Shown here: positions 10,078-18,448 of the stretch, piece after piece
Position numbering within the stretch: position 1 is the stretch's first letter
How the letters are laid out: every line of letters starts with the position of its first letter
Assembly: GCA_044222185.1 (NCBI GenBank)
Contig: JBGANV010000001.1
Location: 1,056,001-1,120,000, forward strand
Direction: 5' to 3'
Source of the DNA: Planctomycetota bacterium
GTDB taxonomy: Bacteria; Planctomycetota; GCA-002687715; CAIWVZ01
DNA: 64,000 nt
The notes under the pieces: generated by a model
What the model was told of the DNA's origin: nothing
What the model saw: only the letters and a program-made list of their open reading frames with translations
Databases searched by the model: none
Made by a program: the position numbers and the translations under genes

Positions 10078-11730
10078 ATGAGCAGCCTCCGGACCCTGTT
10101 GTCGTGCTTCCTCGTCGTCACGTCCCTCGTCACGATGGCGCGCGCGGATGTGATCTCCCTCGTCGCGTTCGCTCAACTCGTGAGCCAGCCGCATACGATC
10201 CTGACTCAGATCGTGCCCGACGTCGCCGTCGCGCCGACGGGAGAGACGTTGATCGCCGGCTGCGAGGTCACGCCGGCGAACACGACGACTCTTCGGCTCT
10301 ACTTCAGGGACCGCGCAGGCCAGCAGGTGACGGCGACGACGGTCACGAGTCCGGGGTCCATGCGTCTCATGCGGATGGCTGCAGGGCCGACGGCGTTCAT
10401 GGTGGTCTGGGACGCCACCGGAGTCGCCGGCGACCCGACCGCCGGTGGGATCTACTTCCTCACGTACACGCTCACGGGAAGCCAGATCACGAACCTCCCG
10501 ATCCAGGCCAACTCCCTCACGAACCTGGACGAATGGCGCCCGAGCGCCACGGGGTATCCGAACGGCTCCGGCGGTACCACTTTCGCGGTGATCTGGTCAC
10601 GGCACGGCGTCGCCAGTGGGAACCCGACGCAGGGCGTCTACGTGCGCCGGTTCTCGCAGGGGGGCGCCGCCCTCGATCCCGTGGAAGTGCGGGTCGACAC
10701 CACGCTGCAGAACAACGGGCGACAGGATGCCACGGTGATCGCCGGCTGGCCCGATGGTCGACTCGCGTGTGTCTGGCAGGACGGACAGTTCAACACGTCG
10801 GCGCTGTCTCCGGACGGCTCGGGCGTTGGAGTGCTCGCGCGTGTCCTCAACGCGAACCTCTCGTACCGCACGGGTCAGTTCGTCGTGAACGCGACGACCG
10901 CCAACGATCAATTCGAACCCGCCGTCTCCGTCGACCTGCTGACGACCATGGTGGTCGGATGGTGCGGTGAGACGTCGGCGACGGTGACGGACGCGTACTG
11001 TCGGCGGTTCAACGACGCCGCGACGCCGATCGATCCCACCGACATCAACTTGACGCCGACCAACAACTCCGCGCAGTTCCTCATGGGCATCGCCATGTCC
11101 GACGCGGGCGAGTGGACGGCGACATGGCAGGATTCCGCCACCCCGGGATACCTGGGGTCTCGAAACGGCTTCGCGCGCTATGCCCCCGCGACTCCGCCGC
11201 TCCAGGTCGAAACCGGGCTCCTCGATCCCGCGTCGAATTTCCAGCTTCAGAACGCCCCGCGCGTCGCCTGCGACCAGTACGGTGCATTCCAGGCCGCATG
11301 GACGGCGGACGATGGAACGAACGTCGCGCTCCGCACGGTCCGCGGAACCCGGACAAACCTGATCGTCCCATCCCTCGTTCCCGTGGGACAGTCGGCGCCG
11401 ATCACCCTCGATTGCCCCGCCGCGCCAGGGCTCGCCTTCCAGCTTGGCGCCTCGTTCACGACCGGCCCCACGTCCATCGCCCCGCGGACCCTGAACCTCG
11501 CAATCGACGATCTGTTCTTGCTCTCGGTCCTCGGAACCGCGCCCACGGTCTTCTCGGGCTTCAGCGGCGTCCTGGACGCGACCGGTCGGTCCTCCGCGCC
11601 GGTCGTGAACGTCCCGAACTACCCGCCCGCCTCTGGTGCCGTCATCCACCTCGCCTTCGTGGCGCTCGATCCTGCCTACCCGTTGAACGTGCGATTCATC
11701 TCGGACTCGGTGCCGCTCGCGATCTTCTGA
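10078..11730 (+). CDS. Secreted protein with repeated beta-rich motifs and a C-terminal accessory domain
   Basis: Signal peptide MSSLRTLLSCFLVVTSLVTMARA; recurring 'F.VvW...gvy.RrF' / 'F.VN.tt..dQ..P.V' repeats. Confidence 0.7.
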   Translation: MSSLRTLLSCFLVVTSLVTMARADVISLVAFAQLVSQPHTILTQIVPDVAVAPTGETLIAGCEVTPANTTTLRLYFRDRAGQQVTATTVTSPGSMRLMRMAAGPTAFMVVWDATGVAGDPTAGGIYFLTYTLTGSQITNLPIQANSLTNLDEWRPSATGYPNGSGGTTFAVIWSRHGVASGNPTQGVYVRRFSQGGAALDPVEVRVDTTLQNNGRQDATVIAGWPDGRLACVWQDGQFNTSALSPDGSGVGVLARVLNANLSYRTGQFVVNATTANDQFEPAVSVDLLTTMVVGWCGETSATVTDAYCRRFNDAATPIDPTDINLTPTNNSAQFLMGIAMSDAGEWTATWQDSATPGYLGSRNGFARYAPATPPLQVETGLLDPASNFQLQNAPRVACDQYGAFQAAWTADDGTNVALRTVRGTRTNLIVPSLVPVGQSAPITLDCPAAPGLAFQLGASFTTGPTSIAPRTLNLAIDDLFLLSVLGTAPTVFSGFSGVLDATGRSSAPVVNVPNYPPASGAVIHLAFVALDPAYPLNVRFISDSVPLAIF

Positions 11731-11793
11731 CCGTGGGCGCGCCACCGCCTCCTTGACGACGCACGGCGCGCCCCGTAGTTTCCGACCCTCTAC

Positions 11794-11868
11794 GGTGGGT
11801 GTAGCTCAGTTGGTTAGAGCGCCAGACTGTGGCTCTGGTTGTCGCGGGTTCGATTCCCGTCACCCACC
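11794..11868 (+). tRNA. tRNA-His(GTG)
   Basis: G-1 plus GTGGGTG/CACCCAC stem, anticodon loop CTGTGGC, C discriminator. Confidence 0.95.
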
Positions 11869-11966
11869 CTTTGCGCACGCGGCCCGAGATCGAGGCGTGC
11901 ACTCGTCGTCCATCGCCCCAAAGCCTTGAGGCGACGAGGTCGGTTGATATCCTCCGCCCCTCCACC

Positions 11967-12039
11967 GCCCGCGTAGCTCAGTTGGTAGAGCAGGTGATTC
12001 TTAATCACCGGGTCCCAGGTTCGAGTCCTGGCGCGGGCA
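11967..12039 (+). tRNA. tRNA-Lys(CTT), prophage integration target
   Basis: GCCCGCG/CGCGGGC stem, anticodon loop TTCTTAA. Confidence 0.95.
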
Positions 12040-12042
12040 TCG
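11993..12042 (+). repeat. attL core, 50-bp direct repeat
   Basis: GGTGATTCTTAATCACCGGGTCCCAGGTTCGAGTCCTGGCGCGGGCATCG, identical at 56991-57040. Confidence 0.97.
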
Positions 12043-12176
12043 CTCGCTGTGACATGGGTTTAGGTGCGAAAAGCATCACGGGATTATCAGCCCGTCCCAG
12101 AGCCCGGCCGGTTGCGCATTTTCCGGCCCTAAGCCCCTCGGGGCCGCCCTGGGTGCCCCTGCCACGGCGGGCTTTT

Positions 12177-13139
12177 TCATTCCGGGCCACTCTCGCCCTG
12201 CGGTTTCGGGGGCGCGTTGAGCCGGTCGATCGCCTCCCTGACGCGAGCGGGCGGCACGTCGACGTAGTACGCCCTCGTCGTCTTGATGTCGGCGTGCCCC
12301 AGGAACTCCTGAACGACTTCGATCGGGATCCCCGCGCTCGCGAGGTGCGTGCCGCGCGTCTTCCGCAGGCCGTGGATGTCGATGGTCCGCTGTCTGCCGT
12401 CCGCTTTCGCGAGTCCCGCGACACGCAGCACGCGGTTGAAGATCTTCAGCGCCGTCGACGTGTCATCGCGCAGCGGCTTGCCCGTCGCGGACCGAAACGG
12501 AAGCACGTCCTTCAGGATCTCGGCGAGTTCAGCTGAGATCGGGACGACTTTCTGCTTCCCTCGCTTCATTCGCTCCGACGTGATCGTCACGCACCGGTCG
12601 CCGACATCCTCTTTCTCGAGGAACGCCGCCTCGCGCCATCGAAGCCCGGCTTCGTAGATCGTTCGCCACAGCGGTGTCTGTGGGACCGCGTACAGCGAGT
12701 CGAGCCGCTCCGCTGCGCGGAAGAACTGTTCGAGATCGCCGCCGAGGAGCGATCTGCGCTTCCGTCGTTTGTGCCGATCGGTGTACGGGAGCTTCTTGCG
12801 TCGCGCGATCGGGTTCTCGTCAACGATCCCGAGATCGATGGCCCAGTCGATCATCGTCGAGACGGCATCGATCTCCATGTCGGCCGTTCGATTCGACCGG
12901 CCGGACGCGACGCGCGCGGCGCGATGCTGCATGACGGACAGGAGCGTGACTACGCCATCCACGCCACGCTTGACTCGGTCGATCTGCTCCGAGGTCTTTC
13001 GGTAGTGCTCGCAGCTCGCTCGGGACTTCAGCTCACGCAGGTAGTGCACGTCGATCGTTCCGCCGCCGATGTCGACGCGGAGATCCACGCGCGCCTGGTC
13101 TTTTCGATTCCCTACGAGCCAAGGTGAAGGAAGGTTCAA
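12177..13139 (-). CDS. int: Tyrosine recombinase/integrase
   Basis: Catalytic R (GLRWRE), HxxR (HGLRKT), LGHAD, Y (TTRAYY); next to attL; probable TTG start 13139 behind GGAGGAG. Confidence 0.92.
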   Translation of the reverse strand: MNLPSPWLVGNRKDQARVDLRVDIGGGTIDVHYLRELKSRASCEHYRKTSEQIDRVKRGVDGVVTLLSVMQHRAARVASGRSNRTADMEIDAVSTMIDWAIDLGIVDENPIARRKKLPYTDRHKRRKRRSLLGGDLEQFFRAAERLDSLYAVPQTPLWRTIYEAGLRWREAAFLEKEDVGDRCVTITSERMKRGKQKVVPISAELAEILKDVLPFRSATGKPLRDDTSTALKIFNRVLRVAGLAKADGRQRTIDIHGLRKTRGTHLASAGIPIEVVQEFLGHADIKTTRAYYVDVPPARVREAIDRLNAPPKPQGESGPE

Positions 13140-13221
13140 ACTGCAACCTCTCTCCTCCCGGTTCGGGTCGCCCGACCCGGGCTCGCTGCGACTGTGGATC
13201 AAAGCGAGTGGACTGAGGGTT

Positions 13222-13238
13222 TGCAATGGCGTGTTGCA
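13222..13238. promoter_or_regulatory. Palindrome TGCAA-N7-TTGCA in the divergent int/cargo intergenic region
   Basis: Inverted repeat in an AT-richer intergenic stretch; operator function is inferred. Confidence 0.3.
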
Positions 13239-13362
13239 TTGTGAATTTTGCGGCGAAACACGCGTTTTCCCGAAGATTTCACCTGAGCGATCCTGATCGG
13301 CTGCGCGCCCGCTGGCGGCCGGCTGTGCCGACGCATATTCTCCCCGCCCACGGAGGCCCGCT

Positions 13363-14037
13363 ATGACACTCCTCGCGCAGAGGACACGCGTAATGTGCAC
13401 GGCAGTTTTGCTGACGGTCTGTCTGCCCGCACAATCGACCGACCCCGTTGCCTTCATGGACTCGTGGGGCCAGTGGTCCCGCGACGTCGTGAAGCGGTGG
13501 CAGGCCGCGTCGATCCTTCACGGGAACGACCTTCCGAAGTGCCGCGACATCGCGGCTCGCATCGAGACGAACTGGAATCGGCTCGATCGATCCGATGCCG
13601 TCGACAAGTACCTGACGGCGTCCGCGCGCGAGAGGTTCCGCACGGTGCTGATGGGGCTCATCGATGGCGCCCGCAAGAAGAAGCTGAAGGACGACGCGCA
13701 GAAGATGCTCGCCGACGTCGAGGCACGCTACGCGGCCTTCGTTGCCACGAAGAAGATCGAAGACGCGATCGCGAAGGACCTGGAGTCGCTTCGGATGACG
13801 ATGCAGGTCGCGGTGAATGCGTGGAAGCCGCCGGAGCCGAAGGCGGAGTCACGACCGAAGGGTCCCGCGAAGGCGCCGCCGAAGTCCGTCGATGCAAAGA
13901 AGGCGTTCAACGACGAGGTCGAGAAGATCGCGACGGCGGCGACGATCGCGAAGGAAGCCGCTCAGTGGGAGGACGAGTTCGCGAACACGCTGCTCGACGC
14001 GATCTCGGGGTTGAAGGAGTACATCGAGAGCCTGTGA
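13363..14037 (+). CDS. Hypothetical helical protein with probable signal peptide (prophage cargo)
   Basis: GGAGG RBS; hydrophobic N-terminus; Lys/Ala/Glu-rich helical body. Confidence 0.7.
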   Translation: MTLLAQRTRVMCTAVLLTVCLPAQSTDPVAFMDSWGQWSRDVVKRWQAASILHGNDLPKCRDIAARIETNWNRLDRSDAVDKYLTASARERFRTVLMGLIDGARKKKLKDDAQKMLADVEARYAAFVATKKIEDAIAKDLESLRMTMQVAVNAWKPPEPKAESRPKGPAKAPPKSVDAKKAFNDEVEKIATAATIAKEAAQWEDEFANTLLDAISGLKEYIESL

Positions 14038-14182
14038 TCAAGGGGCCTCATCGGCTGGGTGAGCGAGCTCTGCATCGAGTGATCGAACAAGGAGACTAAC
14101 GTCAGATGAAGTGTCCGCACCGCGATGTTGAGATTCGTGACGACGCGAGGGGCATCTCGTCGCGAGAAGCCTGGAGCTTGGC

Positions 14183-14893
14183 GTGAGCGAGGCGCCGCCA
14201 TTGCCGAGCCCGTTCCAAGACGAGACTCGCGACGAGTTGTGCGCGCGCTACCTCGCCGCATACAAGGAACTCAGTGCGTTCCTCTGGGATCAGATCCACA
14301 AGTGCACTGACCAGCTCTTCAAGCTCGGAGCATTGTCGTTGGGGCTCACAGGCGGCGTCGTCACCGCACTCGCAAAGTTCGACGGAAGCCCGCCTCAACG
14401 GGCAGGGCTGGTAATTGGATCGCTGGCGTTTGCTGCGCTGTTCATCCGCACCGAACTGCTCGTGCTACAGAACATCGACGGGCTCGCATCGTCAGCGCGT
14501 AACATCAAGCAAGCGGCCGACCGTGACGTCGCCGGGGGAATTCCTCAGTCGCATCTCACCACGAGCACGCCGCTTGGCTTCCCAGAGATGGAGACAACGA
14601 CACTTCGGATGATCTTCTGGGGGAAGTGGCTGATCTGCTCGACGATACCGCTCACATGGATCGGAGGGACGAAGTTGCATACCTGGTGCACGATCGGAGC
14701 GGCGGTGCTCGGAGTGGCGTCCGCAGTGGAGCTGTACCGGGCCTCGGAGCCGCCGGACGGCAGCGTCCTGTTGGTCAGCGGGGGCTTCAGACCAGAGTGG
14801 ACAGAGAAAATCCGGCGGCGATCGAAACGCGGATTCGCTCTGCTCGGCGCGGGCTTCATCCTTCAGTGCGTCGGTGCACTCGCCGGAGCGTGA
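14183..14893 (+). CDS. Hypothetical multi-pass membrane protein (cargo)
   Basis: Four to five hydrophobic segments; GTG start overlaps the stop of a 26-codon upstream ORF (14106-14186). Confidence 0.6.
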   Translation: MSEAPPLPSPFQDETRDELCARYLAAYKELSAFLWDQIHKCTDQLFKLGALSLGLTGGVVTALAKFDGSPPQRAGLVIGSLAFAALFIRTELLVLQNIDGLASSARNIKQAADRDVAGGIPQSHLTTSTPLGFPEMETTTLRMIFWGKWLICSTIPLTWIGGTKLHTWCTIGAAVLGVASAVELYRASEPPDGSVLLVSGGFRPEWTEKIRRRSKRGFALLGAGFILQCVGALAGA

Positions 14894-15027
14894 TTCGGCC
14901 CTGACGATTTTCGACACTACCTGCCCGACGTGCGAGCCGTTCGAGGCGCGCACCGCCTCACACGAGTGCTGCGCGAGTGCGCTGGAGCGTCGGTGCGGAA
15001 GCCTCACAACCAACAAGGTCCTCCCCC

Positions 15028-15345
15028 ATGCAAATGATCTGCGTCACCTGCGGCGGCGAAATGCGCCGCGTTCGTGAGTACTCCGGAAGCTCCTTCACCG
15101 TCACGTTGGGGTTCACGCTGCTGCTCTCCGCGCTGTTCCTCGGCGGCTTCGGGGTCTACGGGATCGCTACGCGCCAGCGCGAAGTCATGCAGATCGTGAA
15201 CGAGGGCCATGGCGGCCTCTGGGTCGTCCTTGTCGTCGTCGGGCTCATCCTCGGCATCAGCGCGCTTCGGAAGCGCTGGCTCCTCAGGTGCGCAGGGTGC
15301 GGGATCGAGCCGCGGCCGGTGTACCAGGCGTTCGTGGAGAGGTAG
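15028..15345 (+). CDS. Small membrane protein with split zinc ribbon (CxxC-TM-TM-CxxC, LITAF-like layout)
   Basis: CVTC near the N-terminus, two TM helices, CAGC near the C-terminus. Confidence 0.65.
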   Translation: MQMICVTCGGEMRRVREYSGSSFTVTLGFTLLLSALFLGGFGVYGIATRQREVMQIVNEGHGGLWVVLVVVGLILGISALRKRWLLRCAGCGIEPRPVYQAFVER

Positions 15346-15518
15346 CCGGGCGGTCGGCGCCTCGCTCTACACTCCCCGCGTCTTCAGCTCATCGCGCGTC
15401 GAATGCACAAGTTTAAACGGCGCAAACATATGTTCAGCAAGATGTTGCGTCTTCATTTAACGGATTAACCAATCTGTTACTTGCGCCCCCGCGTCGGGGG
15501 GCTTAGGATCGACGTCGA

Positions 15519-16622
15519 ATGGACGCAAAGGCCACCCTCACTGATGAGATCAAGCTCCGACTTGCGCAACGCGGTTGGACACAGGCCGAGCTCGCAGCGG
15601 TGATGGGGCGGCAGTCGCCGGAAATATCATACGTCCTCACCGGCAAGCGTGGCCTGTCCGCAGAGATCGCGGTGGAGTTGGCGGCGGCGCTCGGGGAGAC
15701 GCCGCACTTTTGGATGCAGCTCGAAGCGAAGCGCGTCATCGGCGAGGTGGAAGCGCCCTCGGAAGAGATCGCCCGACGCGCGAGGATGTACGAGCGCGTC
15801 CCGATCGCCGAGATGAAGCGGCGGGGTTGGCTGCCGCGTACGAACGACGTTGCGGAACTCGGGCGGTCCGTGTGCGACTTCTATGGTATCGCAACGATCG
15901 ACGCCGATCCGCAGCTGGTCGTGGCCCTGCGGAAGACGAACCCGACTGAGCCACCGAAGAAAGAGCATATCGCTTGGGCGTTCCGGGCCAGACAGCTCGC
16001 GGCCGCCGTGCCAGTTGGCCAGTACAGCGAGGCGCGGCTGCCGGCGCTATCTACGGAACTCCGCAAACTCGCCGCATTCCCGTCCGAAGCCGCGAAGGTC
16101 TCTGGTGTGATGCAGGCATATGGGATACGTCTCGTCGTTGTCGAGCCACTCGCCGGTGGAGGCGGTGTCGACGGCGCGACGTTCTGGTTGAGTGAAAACG
16201 AGCCAGTCATTGCGTTAACGCTGCGCTTCGACCGCATCGATAACTTCTGGCACACGTTGATGCACGAACTGGCGCACGTGAAGCACCGGGACTTGGTCAT
16301 CGACACTGAGATCGTAGGAGAGGATCGCGTCGCCCCGATCTCCGAGACGGAGCAGCGCGCGAACTCTGAGGCGGCAGCGATGCTCATCTCCCCAAGCGAC
16401 CTCGACGATTTCATTCTCAGACTCGACCCATTCTTCTCCAAGGATCGCATCAACCGCTTCGCGAACCGCATCAAGATGCACCCCGGCATCATCGTCGGGC
16501 AGCTGCAACACCGCGGGAAGGTTAAGCCTTTCGCGAACCGCGAAATGCTGGTGAAGATCCGAGACCATTTTCTGTCAACCGCGATCGCCGACGGCTGGGG
16601 GAAGAGCGTCGGAACGGTTTAG
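15519..16622 (+). CDS. HigA-type XRE HTH fused to ImmA/IrrE zinc metallopeptidase
   Basis: WTQAELAAVMG...FWMQLE HTH; DNFWHTLMHELAH (HExxH); HPGIIVGQLQ. Confidence 0.88.
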   Translation: MDAKATLTDEIKLRLAQRGWTQAELAAVMGRQSPEISYVLTGKRGLSAEIAVELAAALGETPHFWMQLEAKRVIGEVEAPSEEIARRARMYERVPIAEMKRRGWLPRTNDVAELGRSVCDFYGIATIDADPQLVVALRKTNPTEPPKKEHIAWAFRARQLAAAVPVGQYSEARLPALSTELRKLAAFPSEAAKVSGVMQAYGIRLVVVEPLAGGGGVDGATFWLSENEPVIALTLRFDRIDNFWHTLMHELAHVKHRDLVIDTEIVGEDRVAPISETEQRANSEAAAMLISPSDLDDFILRLDPFFSKDRINRFANRIKMHPGIIVGQLQHRGKVKPFANREMLVKIRDHFLSTAIADGWGKSVGTV

Positions 16623-16633
16623 GGAGTCGCTCG

Positions 16634-17143
16634 ATGCGAACAACGAAGTCGAGAAAGCAGCAGATCCAGGACCTTTGCGACCAGTATCGTGAGGAGTTCG
16701 GCCACGGACCGATAGATCCCGCCGACGTCGTAGAATGGGCGATCGAAAACAAACTGATCGCGCCATCTGTCGTCGACTACAAGCGCGCACTGCGATACGA
16801 GATCGCCAAGGCAGAACGCGATGAGAAATTCATCGATGACCAAGGGCGAAGCGTACGCCGCAATCACACCTACCGCGACGGTGACCGCACGCTCATCGCG
16901 GAGATCAATCACGCCACCCCCGAACACATGCAGCTCTCGATACAGCAACGCCGCCTCGGCGTTCTCAACGACGTCCTGCAGCTCGCGACGGACGCTGACT
17001 CTTGGAATGAGAACTTCAGAAAGCCGGGGGATCGGACGATCCAGCTTTCCCTGAACTTCCAGCCCGACGTCGACGAGATGCGTGAGTCCGGGCGCTACCC
17101 CAGCGAACCACCGCACGCTGACGATGACGATGAACAGGCGTGA
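16634..17143 (+). CDS. Hypothetical protein in an operon with the HTH-peptidase
   Basis: 11 nt after the upstream stop, GGGAG RBS, protein-like composition, acidic tail. Confidence 0.75.
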   Translation: MRTTKSRKQQIQDLCDQYREEFGHGPIDPADVVEWAIENKLIAPSVVDYKRALRYEIAKAERDEKFIDDQGRSVRRNHTYRDGDRTLIAEINHATPEHMQLSIQQRRLGVLNDVLQLATDADSWNENFRKPGDRTIQLSLNFQPDVDEMRESGRYPSEPPHADDDDEQA

Positions 17144-17250
17144 GCGAAGATCGCCGGTACGCGTGACAGAGTGAGCGCGTCACGACGGCCCCGGCCCTCA
17201 TGCTCAGGTGGGGCCGAGTGGCGAGCTTCTCCACCGCGCATGCTGCACTT

Positions 17251-18285
17251 CTATAGGCCAGCAAGCCGGCTCACTGCATGGGCAAGCCGTGTGAACACTT
17301 CGACGAACCGATCCCGACTATCACTCATTGTCTGAAGCACCGTACCGGTTCGCTCAATCTGCCGGTCGGTGAGTGCAAACACAGGCGTGTTGTGAGTGTG
17401 CGACTGCGCGATGAGGCTATTGAAGTCGGCGATGTTTGCCAAGTTGAACGGCGTGTCTTCCGAACTCGCCGCTTCAAACTCTGCGCGAGTGACCGCCATC
17501 CCGCGCGCTGCTAGCGCTGGAACAAGCTGGTCATTCGCCGCCGACTTGATTCTGTTGATCCACCCCTGGAACGCAGCGGCGGGAGCGCCGGACCGAGGGC
17601 GATAGCGCTGCGAAATGATCCCGAGGAACTTCGGACCGCGAGGTGGGAGCGGGTAGACAAGACCTGGACCGTCGCGATGTACCGCAGCGGCCTGGTCCCA
17701 ACGCGGCAACACGGTCGCTAGCGAGTTAAGCGCCAGAAAACAGAAGTAGTCTGGGCTTGTCGGAACGATGAAGAAGTCACTCGACAGAAACAGGCTCTGG
17801 TTGAGGGCGCCGATGCTCGGACTCATGTCCACGAGAATCACATCTACGCCGTTACGGTCCGCAGTCGCACGTAGGAGATGCCCGACAGCGCCCGGAAGGT
17901 TCCGAAGCGCTGGGAGAGCCGCTGCGGTACTGAAAGCAACCGCGAGCTGCGCCTCGTATTCAGCGAGATCGATGTGACCTGCCAAGATTGACAGGTTGCT
18001 CTGAGCCGTCCGCTGCGGAATGGCTGGCTGAAGCTGTTCCGGTCGCCCGGTGAACGCGGGACGTAGCGCGACGCAGAGGTTGGCCATCGGAACGCGCGTG
18101 TAGAACTCCTCGAATTCGTCGTTCCCCTCGAATCCGAGTACGGTCCCCGTCAGGTTGCATTGAGGGTCGCCGTCGACGATCAGGACACGCTTTCCGAGTT
18201 CGGCGAGCGCCCACCCAAGGTTGAAGGTCGTGGTCGTCTTGCTGACTCCGCCCTTGTGGTTGAACAGACTGATGATCTTAGCCAC
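17251..18285 (-). CDS. ParA/Soj-family ATPase (stand-alone type)
   Basis: Deviant Walker A FNHKGGVSKTT, DGDPQCNLT, DMSPS; GTG start behind GGAGGAG. Confidence 0.9.
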   Translation of the reverse strand: MAKIISLFNHKGGVSKTTTTFNLGWALAELGKRVLIVDGDPQCNLTGTVLGFEGNDEFEEFYTRVPMANLCVALRPAFTGRPEQLQPAIPQRTAQSNLSILAGHIDLAEYEAQLAVAFSTAAALPALRNLPGAVGHLLRATADRNGVDVILVDMSPSIGALNQSLFLSSDFFIVPTSPDYFCFLALNSLATVLPRWDQAAAVHRDGPGLVYPLPPRGPKFLGIISQRYRPRSGAPAAAFQGWINRIKSAANDQLVPALAARGMAVTRAEFEAASSEDTPFNLANIADFNSLIAQSHTHNTPVFALTDRQIERTGTVLQTMSDSRDRFVEVFTRLAHAVSRLAGL

Positions 18286-18448
18286 GCAAGCTCCTCCAAA
18301 AGGTAGGGCCGGCAGGATTTTAACTCTCCACGTTCGCAGCGTCCCGCCACGCCCATTCGACAAGAAAATCGCGGGCCGCAACCGCGATTCCTGCGAGGGA
18401 GGACGGCTGCGACCCGCGAGCGCACAAGTAGTTCGAGTGCGCCGGATC

